Shown here one piece after another: positions 1-9,343 of a DNA stretch of 64,000 bases. Made by a program: the position numbers and the translations under genes. Positions within the stretch are counted from its first letter, which is position 1. Each line of letters starts with the position of its first letter. The stretch lies in contig CAZNKJ010000003.1 of NCBI GenBank assembly GCA_964574145.1, positions 4,787-68,786 of the forward strand. The letters run 5' to 3'. Source of the DNA: an uncultured Candidatus Saccharibacteria bacterium. GTDB lineage: Bacteria; Patescibacteriota; Minisyncoccia; Phycocordibacterales; CAZNKJ01. The notes under the pieces were generated by a model, which worked only from the letters and a program-made list of their open reading frames with translations, ran no database searches and was not told the origin of the DNA.

Positions 1-62
1 CTTATTTTAGAAGAGAAGCCTAAGCGCATTTTTATTGTGCACAGGTTTTTATTCCTATGTTC

Positions 63-1820
63 TTATAGAGACCTATCTTTAATTTCAGTAGTTAACTTTT
101 CTAGAAGTTTTTCAATACTCATACTTCCTATTTTCCCAGCGTCTCGACTTTCAAGGGTTACTGTTTTATCATTTACTTCTTTTTCGCCAATAACCAGCAT
201 ATACGGGACTTTTTCAAGTTTCCCCCGACGTATTTTTTTCCCTAGAGTCTCGTTTCCGTCATCATATTCTACACGTATATTTTTCTCTTTTAGTATGGAA
301 TGTATGTCAGAGGCGTACTTAGATTGTTTTTCACCTATAGGAATAATTTTTACTTGAGTTGGAGAAAGCCAAAGAGGAAAATTTCCTCCTAAGTGTTCAA
401 TAAGGACAGCGGAGAAGCGTTCAATAGAACCCATTATGGCACAGTGAATCATAACAACTCGCTCTTTTTCTCCTTTTTCATTTATACAGGTTAGGTCAAA
501 TCGTTCAGGAAGGTTTAAATCAAGTTGTACAGTAGCTACTTGATGTTCTCGTCCCAGTGAATCTGTCGCCATAAAATCTAGCTTTGGTCCATAAAGAGCT
601 GCCTCTCCTATTGCTATGACATAGTCAGCTTTACGTTCTTTAGCAATTTCTTTGAGCTCATTTTCCGCAGTATCCCAGACCTCTTTAGTACCAAGATATT
701 TTTCTGGGTGTTTAGGGTTATGGAAAGAAAGACGAACATGTAGTTTAAAATTAAATGTTTTATAGAAAACATCCACCATGTCCCATATAGAAAAAAATTC
801 TTCTTTAACTTGATTTTGTCTGCAGAAAACATGAGAATCGTCCTGAGTAATTGAGAGCACTCTAGTAAGTCCTCCAAGTTCTCCAGATTGTTCGTCACGA
901 TATACCATTGTTGTCTCGGAGTATCGCTGAGGCATATCTTTATAGCTGTGTGGGTGTCTGTCAAAAATTTGAGTATGGTGTGGGCAGTTCATAGGTTTTA
1001 CTGCGAATTCCTTACCTTCTCTTGTTTTGATACGAAATAATTCTTCGCCAAATTTATCCCAATGCCCTGAGGCTTTGTACAGATCTTTTTTTGTAAAATG
1101 GGGGATAGTTACCTGTTGGTATTCATATTTTTTCCTAAGTTCCCACACATATGAGTCAAGCTCGTTACGCATTATAGTTCCCTTTGGTGTCCATAGGGGG
1201 AGTCCGGGGCCCACTAATTCTGAAAATGTAAATAGATCAAGCTCCTTCCCAAGTTTTCTATGATCTCTCTTTTTCGCCTCTTCTTTTTGTAGAATGTATG
1301 TATCCAGTTCTTTTTTAGTTTTAAAAGCTAGTCCATAAATTCGTGTAAGCATTTTATTTTTTTCATCACCGCGCCAGTAAGCTCCTGCTATATGAGTTAG
1401 TGTGAATGCTTTTGGATCTATATCTCCCGTATCTTTAACATGCCCACCTCGACATAGGTCTACAAATTCTCCTGTTTTGTAAAGGGTTATTTTTTCTCCA
1501 GCTTTATCAAGCTCGTCAATAATTTCTAATTTGTATGGTTGATCTTTAAATTGTTCTCGAGCTTTTTCAGCTGTGATTTGGATATGTTCAAAGGATAATT
1601 TTTTTTCTATAATTCTCTCCATATTGGCTTCAAGTAAAGCTAGATCGTCTGGAGAAATAGAAGTTTTTGAGCTGAATTCAAAATCATAGTAAAAACCATC
1701 TGCCGTGGTTGGACCTATGGCTAGTTTTACTGAAGGATCTTTTTCAATTACCGCTATAGCCAATAAATGAGCCAGTGAATGGCGTATGAGTTCTAAATGT
1801 TCATTAGGTTTTTTTTCCAT
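63..1820 (-). CDS. thrS: Threonine--tRNA ligase
   Basis: HSLAHLL editing-domain start, DLCRGGH, GAYWRG, KPMNCPHH, GSIERF motifs. Confidence 0.98.
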   Translation of the reverse strand: MEKKPNEHLELIRHSLAHLLAIAVIEKDPSVKLAIGPTTADGFYYDFEFSSKTSISPDDLALLEANMERIIEKKLSFEHIQITAEKAREQFKDQPYKLEIIDELDKAGEKITLYKTGEFVDLCRGGHVKDTGDIDPKAFTLTHIAGAYWRGDEKNKMLTRIYGLAFKTKKELDTYILQKEEAKKRDHRKLGKELDLFTFSELVGPGLPLWTPKGTIMRNELDSYVWELRKKYEYQQVTIPHFTKKDLYKASGHWDKFGEELFRIKTREGKEFAVKPMNCPHHTQIFDRHPHSYKDMPQRYSETTMVYRDEQSGELGGLTRVLSITQDDSHVFCRQNQVKEEFFSIWDMVDVFYKTFNFKLHVRLSFHNPKHPEKYLGTKEVWDTAENELKEIAKERKADYVIAIGEAALYGPKLDFMATDSLGREHQVATVQLDLNLPERFDLTCINEKGEKERVVMIHCAIMGSIERFSAVLIEHLGGNFPLWLSPTQVKIIPIGEKQSKYASDIHSILKEKNIRVEYDDGNETLGKKIRRGKLEKVPYMLVIGEKEVNDKTVTLESRDAGKIGSMSIEKLLEKLTTEIKDRSL

Positions 1821-1946
1821 ATATCTTGCTGTTTTATTATAGCAGGTAATTTTTTACACACGAATATTATTTTTTACCTCCTCAGTAGACTGTCGGATCT
1901 TGAATCACTATGGATTGTATTAAATTTTCAATATTTGATATTTTAA

Positions 1947-4900
1947 TCACAGTGGTTTTATAGCTTCTACTATTATACTTTTTTCTCCATTCCTTCCCGA
2001 CATTCGTCCTTTCAGTGCGATACATTTTTGAGGTTCCAGTAGGTCGTGATATTTGGTTAAAGTCTTTGGAAAGATTACCACCTCTATACTGTCATTATGA
2101 TCTGCAATTCTAGCAAATGCCATTTTATCTCCCTTCTTGGTGAAGATTGGTTTAAGCTCTTCAATAATACCTACGATTACAGTAGTAACTCCATTTATCT
2201 GTGTTCGTTTCGTCTCCCTTATGTCTTTCTTTTGTTTCAGTAGTTTTTCTTGATATTGGTCTAGAGGATGTCCTGAGATGTATAAACCTAAGAGTTCTTT
2301 TTCCCATGCCAGTTTTTCAGTTTGAGTTGCGGGAGAACTTTTCTCTAAAGATATTGAGCTCGAGTCTTGTTTTTCTGGAAGATTTCCAAATAAGGAGTCT
2401 TGGTTTTCTACTACAGATCCATATTCACGGCTGTAAGCTAGCAGAGTTTCAATGTTTAAAAGCATTGTGCCTCTTTCTTCAAATTGATCAAGAGCGCCAC
2501 ATTTTATCAAAGCCTCAAGAGATTTTTTATTCAAATTTCGATCACGCACTCGTTCGAGAAAATTAGTGAGTGAAGTATATTTTCCATTATTCTCTCTCTC
2601 TTTAATAATTACTTTCCCAATCCCGTCACCAAAATTTTTTATAGAACGTAACCCGAAACGAATTTTTTGTTCAACATTTTTACTTTTTTCAGATTTAATC
2701 TTAACGATTTCTGTTTCATTTTTTTCTTCATCAGAAATAGCGGGAAGCACCGCGAAGTCACTTATGCTTTCATTTATGTCTGGTGGCATCACTTGTATTC
2801 CTAGACGAGAGCATTCAGTTATGCTTTCTGTTATTTTTTCTACATCTCCGGCGTCAGCTGTCATAACAGCTGCCATGTAAATTGCAGGATAGTTTGCTTT
2901 CATGTATGCCGTTTGATAAGCTACCTTTCCATAACTTGCAGCATGTGCCTTGTTGAAGCCGTATGCTGCAAAAGGCTCAATGAGTTTCCAAAGTTGTTCT
3001 GCTTTTTTAGGGGAAAGTCCTTTGCTCACAGCTCCTTCTATAAGTTTTTCTCTTTGAGCTTCCATTTCGGCGGGTATCTTTTTACCCATTGCTTTACGTA
3101 ATTTATCTGCTTCCAGCCAAGAATACCCTGCAAGTTCAATAGCAATCATAAGGACATCATCTTGGTATGTTACGACTCCGTAGGATTGAGATAAAATTTC
3201 TTTTAACCTTGGGTCAAGGTAAGAAATACGTAGTGGGTCGTGCTTGCGTTCAATATAGGAGGGAATAGATTCCATTGGTCCGGGGCGATAAAGAGCCACC
3301 ATGGCGTTGATGTCATGAATAGTGCTTGGTTTGAGTTCTTTTAGAAAACGCGTCATCCCACTTCCGTTTAACTGAAAGAGACCCATAGTTTCTCCTCGAG
3401 CAAGCATTTCAAATGTTTTTTTATCATCTAAGGGGACGTTATCTATATCTATGTTTATATTATGAATGTATTTTACTCTATGCACTGCGTCAGAGAGTAT
3501 AGAGAGGTTTTTGATGCCAAGAAAGTCAAATTTTAAAAGTCCTGCGTCCTCAACTGCATGCATATTATATTGCGTAATTATATTGCCTCCTTTAGGGTCG
3601 TGCTGAAGAGGTATAAAGTCCGTGAGTGGGGTAGGGGAAATTACAACACCAGCTGCGTGTACTGAAATATGACGTACACATCCTTCAATTTTCTGTGCCA
3701 GATCCAAAATTTCCTTAACGTCTTTGTCATTTTTATAAAGAACTAAAAGGTCTTTTTCTATCTTCATGGCATTTTCTATTGTCATAGGGAAACCCTGTGA
3801 TCCGAAGGGGATAAGTTTAGCGATTTTGTCTCCTGTTCCATATGGATGTCCCAAGGCGCGAGCCACATCTCGCACAGCAGCACGCGCCATCATAGTTCCG
3901 AAGGTTCCTATTTGTGCTACTCTATCTTCACCATATTTTTCTTTTGCGTAATTAATAACCTCATCTCGTCTGTTATCAGCAAAATCCATATCAATATCTG
4001 GAGCGGAGGGGCGCTCAGGGTTTAAAAAACGTTCAAAAGGAATTCTATAATCTATGGGATTTACGTTAGTGATACGAGCAAGATATGTCACTATTGACCC
4101 AGCCACAGAACCGCGAATTGTAGTGAGTATGTCATTTTTGTGCGCGAAATGAAGAAGGTCTGCAACCGTTAAGAAATAAGGAGCATATCCCTTGTCTTTT
4201 ATTATTTTAAGTTCGTATTCAATACGGTCAGTAAGTTCTTTAGTTTTTTCTACTTTTCTGTCTGCTATCCCCTTGTATACAATGTCACGCAATTCCTCAT
4301 CTGCAGTACGATTGTTTGGAATGGATAATTTTGGAAATACCCAAGAACCCAACGTGAGGTCGAGTGAACACCTGTCTGCTATTTTTACGGTATTTAAAAT
4401 AGCTTCTGGGGTGTCAGAAAAGTTTTTCTCTGCTTGAGCAGGGCTGATGAAAGAGAAATCCGTAGGAGTGTCGTTTAAGTTTGTTTGTTCTCCACTGGAG
4501 TCTGCTCCGGTTTGAATTTTTATAAGAGTATCTCGAGCCTTTTTGTCTTCGGGCTTTAAGTAGTAAACATCATGAGCCGCTACAAGAGGGGTGTCTGTAT
4601 CTTTAGAAAGTTTAAGTATTTCTTTTTGAGTATTTTGGTGACCTTCTATTTCGGGGTGGTGAGTGATTTCTAGAAAGACATTTTCTTTACTGAAAATAGT
4701 TTTATATTTTTTTAATATAGACTGAGCTTCTGTATGATTTTTAGATCGTAAGGCTATAGTAGTCTCTCCAGAAAATGATGGAATGATTGCGATGATGCCT
4801 TCGTGATATTTTTCCATAAGCTCCTGATCAATTCTTGGTTTGTAGTAGAAACCTTCTAGATATGAGTCGGTAACAATCTTGATGAGGTTTTTGTAACCCG

Positions 4901-5192
4901 TTTCGTTTTCTGCAAGTAGAATAAGACGTGCACGACGGTTGTCTATACCAGATTCTTTATCAAGACGAGAACGTAAAGCTACATAGGTATCTACCCCTAT
5001 GATTGGTTTAATTCCTTCTTTTTTACATTCTTTATAAAATTCTATTGCGCCATATAGGTTGCCGTTATCAGTAAGGGCTATAGCTTTCATCCCTTCTTTT
5101 TTTGCAGTTTCTATGAGCTCAGGAATTTTTGGCAATGCATTTAATAAGGAGTAGTGACTGTGAGTATGTAGGTGTACGAAATCTTTGCTCAT
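1947..5192 (-). CDS. dnaE: DNA polymerase III alpha subunit
   Basis: PHP domain FVHLHTHSHYSLL, PDIDMDF catalytic motif, YGFNKAHAASY; start moved to MSKDFVHLH (ATG 5192). Confidence 0.98.
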   Translation of the reverse strand: MSKDFVHLHTHSHYSLLNALPKIPELIETAKKEGMKAIALTDNGNLYGAIEFYKECKKEGIKPIIGVDTYVALRSRLDKESGIDNRRARLILLAENETGYKNLIKIVTDSYLEGFYYKPRIDQELMEKYHEGIIAIIPSFSGETTIALRSKNHTEAQSILKKYKTIFSKENVFLEITHHPEIEGHQNTQKEILKLSKDTDTPLVAAHDVYYLKPEDKKARDTLIKIQTGADSSGEQTNLNDTPTDFSFISPAQAEKNFSDTPEAILNTVKIADRCSLDLTLGSWVFPKLSIPNNRTADEELRDIVYKGIADRKVEKTKELTDRIEYELKIIKDKGYAPYFLTVADLLHFAHKNDILTTIRGSVAGSIVTYLARITNVNPIDYRIPFERFLNPERPSAPDIDMDFADNRRDEVINYAKEKYGEDRVAQIGTFGTMMARAAVRDVARALGHPYGTGDKIAKLIPFGSQGFPMTIENAMKIEKDLLVLYKNDKDVKEILDLAQKIEGCVRHISVHAAGVVISPTPLTDFIPLQHDPKGGNIITQYNMHAVEDAGLLKFDFLGIKNLSILSDAVHRVKYIHNINIDIDNVPLDDKKTFEMLARGETMGLFQLNGSGMTRFLKELKPSTIHDINAMVALYRPGPMESIPSYIERKHDPLRISYLDPRLKEILSQSYGVVTYQDDVLMIAIELAGYSWLEADKLRKAMGKKIPAEMEAQREKLIEGAVSKGLSPKKAEQLWKLIEPFAAYGFNKAHAASYGKVAYQTAYMKANYPAIYMAAVMTADAGDVEKITESITECSRLGIQVMPPDINESISDFAVLPAISDEEKNETEIVKIKSEKSKNVEQKIRFGLRSIKNFGDGIGKVIIKERENNGKYTSLTNFLERVRDRNLNKKSLEALIKCGALDQFEERGTMLLNIETLLAYSREYGSVVENQDSLFGNLPEKQDSSSISLEKSSPATQTEKLAWEKELLGLYISGHPLDQYQEKLLKQKKDIRETKRTQINGVTTVIVGIIEELKPIFTKKGDKMAFARIADHNDSIEVVIFPKTLTKYHDLLEPQKCIALKGRMSGRNGEKSIIVEAIKPL

Positions 5193-5273
5193 ATATCTGC
5201 AGTATAGCAGATTCTTTTTGTGTGGATTAGTTAGAGTAAGTCTAAGAATGAGTGCTATACTGAGAATAATATT

Positions 5274-5891
5274 GTGTCTAAGCGTCATTTTTTAACCCAT
5301 ATTCGTCAAGTTGTAGGAATAGATGAAGCTGGCCGTGGTCCACTTGCTGGTCCTGTGGCCGTTGGGGCAGTGGCTGTAAGTTGTCAGAAATATAAACAAG
5401 TAGAAGACATGCTTTCTGGAATTCACGACTCCAAAAAACTTTCTCAGAATAAGAGAGAAGAGTGGGTAGGTGTCGCGCAGATATTACAAAAAGAAGGGTG
5501 CATTAAATACGCAGTTTCTTTAGTAGGAGTCCGATTCATTGACACTTATGGTATTGTGCCAGCTGTGCGTATGGGACTCAAACGTTCACTCTTACGTATT
5601 GGCACTTCTTCCAGAAGCACCCATGTAATTCTTGATGGAGGTCTGTATGCCCCAAGTAGCTATCTTTCGCAAGAGACTATAATACGTGGAGATGAAAGCG
5701 AAAAACTTATCTCCCTTGCTTCAATTTTGGCAAAAGTGCGAAGAGATCATTTTATGAAACGTTTATCCTTACGATATCCAGAGTATGGGTTTGATATTCA
5801 TAAAGGTTACGGAACTTCAAAACATATGGAATCCATAAAAAAATATGGTATTTCTGATGTGCATAGAAAAACTTTCGTACATCTTTTTTGA
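5274..5891 (+). CDS. rnhB: Ribonuclease HII
   Basis: GIDEAGRGPLAGP, DSKKLS, ASILAKV, HKGYGT motifs. Confidence 0.97.
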   Translation: MSKRHFLTHIRQVVGIDEAGRGPLAGPVAVGAVAVSCQKYKQVEDMLSGIHDSKKLSQNKREEWVGVAQILQKEGCIKYAVSLVGVRFIDTYGIVPAVRMGLKRSLLRIGTSSRSTHVILDGGLYAPSSYLSQETIIRGDESEKLISLASILAKVRRDHFMKRLSLRYPEYGFDIHKGYGTSKHMESIKKYGISDVHRKTFVHLF

Positions 5892-6000
5892 GTTTGACAA
5901 TATCTATCTTTTTTTATAGAGTCTTTTATGGAAAAAGGTTCATGTTTTTGAATTATGTTCCTTTAAAATGTATTTAATAAAAAGGTTGGGAGATTAAAGA

Positions 6001-6303
6001 GTGTCCAAAAAACATTGGAAAAATCCTTCAGTAAAAACTTGTGGTAATCACGGAAAAAATAGAAAAAGGAAACCAATTGCTAGAAGTGTTTTGAAGCCTG
6101 GGGTGGGGGAACCGTTGGAGTTAGATATATTATGTACAGACTGTGTCCGTAATCTTGGCACAGACGGATTTGGAGTCAATATGTCTGTTTTGTGTGAGAT
6201 AAAAGGTGCATATTTATATTTTTCACATTATTCAGATTGCACGGCTTTTGTGAAAGAGTCTGACTCCAGAGCAATAGGCGAGACAGGAGAAACTTTTTCG
6301 TAA
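6001..6303 (+). CDS. Hypothetical small Cys-containing protein
   Basis: 100-aa GTG-start ORF with CTDC and other Cys/His; upstream TTGACA and downstream hairpin near 6358-6387. Confidence 0.5.
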   Translation: MSKKHWKNPSVKTCGNHGKNRKRKPIARSVLKPGVGEPLELDILCTDCVRNLGTDGFGVNMSVLCEIKGAYLYFSHYSDCTAFVKESDSRAIGETGETFS

Positions 6304-6434
6304 AGTTTGAGTTTATATAAATGGGTTTATTTGTTCAATTCAATCTTTACAACACACAAGGCGCATCTGTAAAAGGATGCGTCTTTAACATTTTGACCTT
6401 GCGTAAATCAAAAAAATACGTACAATAGCCTGTA

Positions 6435-6725
6435 ATGTCTGTACGAATGCGACACACTAGTGGGCACACGAGAAATCGACGCTCGCATCATAAACTTACT
6501 GAGCCACGTCTATCTAAAGATTCTGAGACGGGCGAGCTTCATGTACGCCACAGAGTTAATATGACCACTGGTCGTTACAGGGGTCGCGTTGTTATAGACG
6601 TCGCACGACTTGAGGAGAAAAAAGCAAAAAAGGCTCACAAGAAAGATTTAGAGTCTCGTGGTGATGGAGATAGTCCCCAGCAAGACGAAAAACCCATTAG
6701 CCCGGAAGAGCTTTCTAAGCATTAA
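6435..6725 (+). CDS. rpmF: 50S ribosomal protein L32 with C-terminal extension
   Basis: [19 protein letters not shown]...HRV..TGRYRGR; Cys-less L32 type; position before nusB/rnc. Confidence 0.92.
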   Translation: MSVRMRHTSGHTRNRRSHHKLTEPRLSKDSETGELHVRHRVNMTTGRYRGRVVIDVARLEEKKAKKAHKKDLESRGDGDSPQQDEKPISPEELSKH

Positions 6726-6853
6726 GAAATTAAGATGAGACCATGTTTTTGTCATAATTTCTATCTTTATTTCTTTTTTCATATTATTAATATAGGTCTT
6801 GATAATAAAAAACACTTGCGTATTTTATATATGCCAGTTAATGTATAGAGCAA

Positions 6854-7792
6854 ATGGCGAATCGGCACCTTTCCAGAAGTATAGTTCTTCAAACTCTATT
6901 TGAGTTAGATTTTAATAATTTGAATCGGAAAGAGGCTCTAAAAATGCTTACTCGAAATACGGAAGAGTTTGCCCCAGGTATGGGGGATTTTTCTTTTATG
7001 GAAAAACTTTTGCATGGTATTTTTGAAAAACAAGAGGATATAGACCTTATTATAAAAAAAGCAGCGCCGGAATGGCCTATAGAAAAGATTTCTGTAGTTG
7101 ATCGAAATGTGTTACGTGTTGGTCTCTACGAACTTCTTTTTGTTGATAGGGCTGAAGTACCGGCTAAGGTCGCTATCAATGAGGCTATAGAACTGGCAAA
7201 GGCTTTTGGTGGAGAGGCTAGTGGACGTTTTGTAAATGGGGTTCTTGGCGCAGTATATAAAGAGCTTGGTGAGCCTGGTAAAGATGAGGTTTCAAAGAAA
7301 AAAAGAAAAAATATTCCCTATGAAAAAATGCCAGTTGAGGAATTGGGCGGAGCGGTGGTATATGCAGTGGAAGGAGAAAATGTCTATCTGGCATTAGTGC
7401 ATGATATTTTTGGTCATTGGACTCTTTCTAAAGGGCGAGTAGAGGTAAATGAAGAGGTCAAAGACGGAACTAAACGTGAAATAAAAGAAGAGATGGGACT
7501 TGATATTTTAATTGAAAAGGATTTAGGAGAAAATGAATATATAGCCTCTGATCCTGAAGTGGGGAAAAAACGTAAACATGTAACATATTTTCTTGCCAAA
7601 GCTTCTTTTGTTGAGTTAGAGCTTGAAAAAAAAGGAGGATTGGATGACGCTCAGTGGTTTAAACTCGCAGACGTGCTCGATTTAAATTTTTATGAAGATA
7701 TATTACCTATTATTACAAAAGCATTAAATATTTTAGCTGGTATGAAAATAGATGTTGAAAATAAAGATAGCAGTATAAAAACAGAGAATTAA
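6854..7792 (+). CDS. nusB: Transcription antitermination factor NusB fused to a C-terminal NUDIX domain
   Basis: RHLSR...DRNVLR...INEAIELAKAFG...FVNGVL, then NUDIX box GRVEVNEEVKDGTKREIKEEMG. Confidence 0.92.
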   Translation: MANRHLSRSIVLQTLFELDFNNLNRKEALKMLTRNTEEFAPGMGDFSFMEKLLHGIFEKQEDIDLIIKKAAPEWPIEKISVVDRNVLRVGLYELLFVDRAEVPAKVAINEAIELAKAFGGEASGRFVNGVLGAVYKELGEPGKDEVSKKKRKNIPYEKMPVEELGGAVVYAVEGENVYLALVHDIFGHWTLSKGRVEVNEEVKDGTKREIKEEMGLDILIEKDLGENEYIASDPEVGKKRKHVTYFLAKASFVELELEKKGGLDDAQWFKLADVLDLNFYEDILPIITKALNILAGMKIDVENKDSSIKTEN

Positions 7793-7822
7793 GAGCAGTG
7801 TCTTTATTGACTTAAAAAAGGT

Positions 7823-8515
7823 ATGACTAAAGATTTTACAGAGTTTGAGAAATCAGCTGAGATAGATTTTAAAAATAAGAAGTTGTTAATGCAGGCATTT
7901 TTACATCGCTCTTATTTGAATGAAAATCGTGGCACAAATCTCCAACATAACGAGAGGTTGGAGTTTTTAGGAGACGCAGTATTGGAGCTTGTTGTAACAG
8001 ATTTTCTTTTTCAGAAATTTCCTGAGAAAGCAGAGGGGGATCTAACAGCTTATCGTTCTGCATTAGTGAACACAATAACTTTGTCTTCTGTTGCTGCGTC
8101 GCTGCACATGAGTGACTTCCTTCTTCTTTCAAAGGGCGAGGCGAAAGATATGGGTCGCGCTAGACAATATATCCTAGCGAACACATTTGAAGCACTTATA
8201 GGAGCACTTTTCCTTGATCGTGGCTACAAGATAGCGGAAAATTTTATCGGGAAAAATATTTTTCCGCTTATTGATGAAGTTATTGAAAAACGTCTCTGGC
8301 AAGACGACAAAAGCCATTTTCAAGAAAGATCACAAGAAAAAGTGAATATTACTCCATCGTATAAGACTTTACGAGAAGAGGGTCCGGATCACGATAGATA
8401 TTTTATAGTAGGCGTTTTCTTGGCTGAAGATCTTGTGGCTGAGGGAGAAGGGAAGAGTAAACAAGAGGCGGAACAGAGTGCCGCTAAGAACGCACTCAAA
8501 AAAAAGAAGTGGTAG
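7823..8515 (+). CDS. rnc: Ribonuclease III
   Basis: HNERLEFLGDAVL signature plus dsRBD (GKSKQEAEQSAA). Confidence 0.98.
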   Translation: MTKDFTEFEKSAEIDFKNKKLLMQAFLHRSYLNENRGTNLQHNERLEFLGDAVLELVVTDFLFQKFPEKAEGDLTAYRSALVNTITLSSVAASLHMSDFLLLSKGEAKDMGRARQYILANTFEALIGALFLDRGYKIAENFIGKNIFPLIDEVIEKRLWQDDKSHFQERSQEKVNITPSYKTLREEGPDHDRYFIVGVFLAEDLVAEGEGKSKQEAEQSAAKNALKKKKW

Positions 8516-8568
8516 ATTTTTACGTTAGCTTTTTAAATATTTTCTCAAAAATATAAAAATACCTGACA

Positions 8569-8596
8569 TTGACTTATTTAGTTTGTAGTGTATAAT
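8569..8596 (+). promoter_or_regulatory. Putative sigma70 promoter of the NUDIX gene
   Basis: TTGACT-16 nt-TATAAT; AGGAGG SD before the TTG start at 8658. Confidence 0.6.
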
Positions 8597-8657
8597 GTGG
8601 TTAGAAGAAGTTTTGTGCTTAGAGTCTTTTTAGTTAAAACAAAAAGAGGAGGTTCTG

Positions 8658-9221
8658 TTGGAGTTTTTGAAAGAAATAAAGGATGTTTCGTCGGATCTTT
8701 CCGAATGGGATCTTTCTGATTTTGGACTTACGTGGAGAGATGGATGGGCTTCTCTTGTTTTTGTCCGAGTTTTTGGCCAGCTAAAGGACGATGAGGTTTT
8801 GCAGCCTTGTTTCCCTGTTGGCTATGTTTTTATCCGTGATCCTAAATTTGGGAAAAGAGCGTTATGGAAAATGCCTGGTGGACACAAGATGAACGAAGAC
8901 AAGTCCCCACTATATACAGCTCAGCGTGAGTTGTATGGCGAGACAGGCGTCTTTCTCCCGTTGAAATGTTTTCGCTATATTTGCAAAAGAAGAGGTCTTC
9001 GTGGAGATCATTGGCGGTGTATTTTTACTGCCGATATGAGTCTTTCAAAGGACGTTCCTTGGATGAATAGCGAACATCCTGAAAACGATGGGGAAAAACA
9101 AAAATATTTTTCTATTGAGGACTTTTGCGTTTCGGCGTGGAAAGGAAAGTTTCTTATGAATCATCTCAACATCCTTAACGACGAGTCTTTGATTCCGCCA
9201 TTAAGTTGGAGTAAGGATTAG
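8658..9221 (+). CDS. NUDIX-family hydrolase
   Basis: WKMPGGH...AQRELYGETG degenerate NUDIX box; own promoter, SD and terminator. Confidence 0.75.
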   Translation: MEFLKEIKDVSSDLSEWDLSDFGLTWRDGWASLVFVRVFGQLKDDEVLQPCFPVGYVFIRDPKFGKRALWKMPGGHKMNEDKSPLYTAQRELYGETGVFLPLKCFRYICKRRGLRGDHWRCIFTADMSLSKDVPWMNSEHPENDGEKQKYFSIEDFCVSAWKGKFLMNHLNILNDESLIPPLSWSKD

Positions 9222-9240
9222 CCAATTGAATGTTAGTTTG

Positions 9241-9282
9241 GAAGGCATGTCTGTCTATTAAGACATGCCTTCTTTCTTTTTT
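9241..9282 (+). terminator. Rho-independent terminator
   Basis: gaaggcatgtct/agacatgccttc stem followed by T-run. Confidence 0.75.
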
Positions 9283-9343
9283 ATATTCATTTTAATTTGC
9301 TTAAGCTCCAGAAGCTCTTTATATTCTGTTATAATAAATCGCA

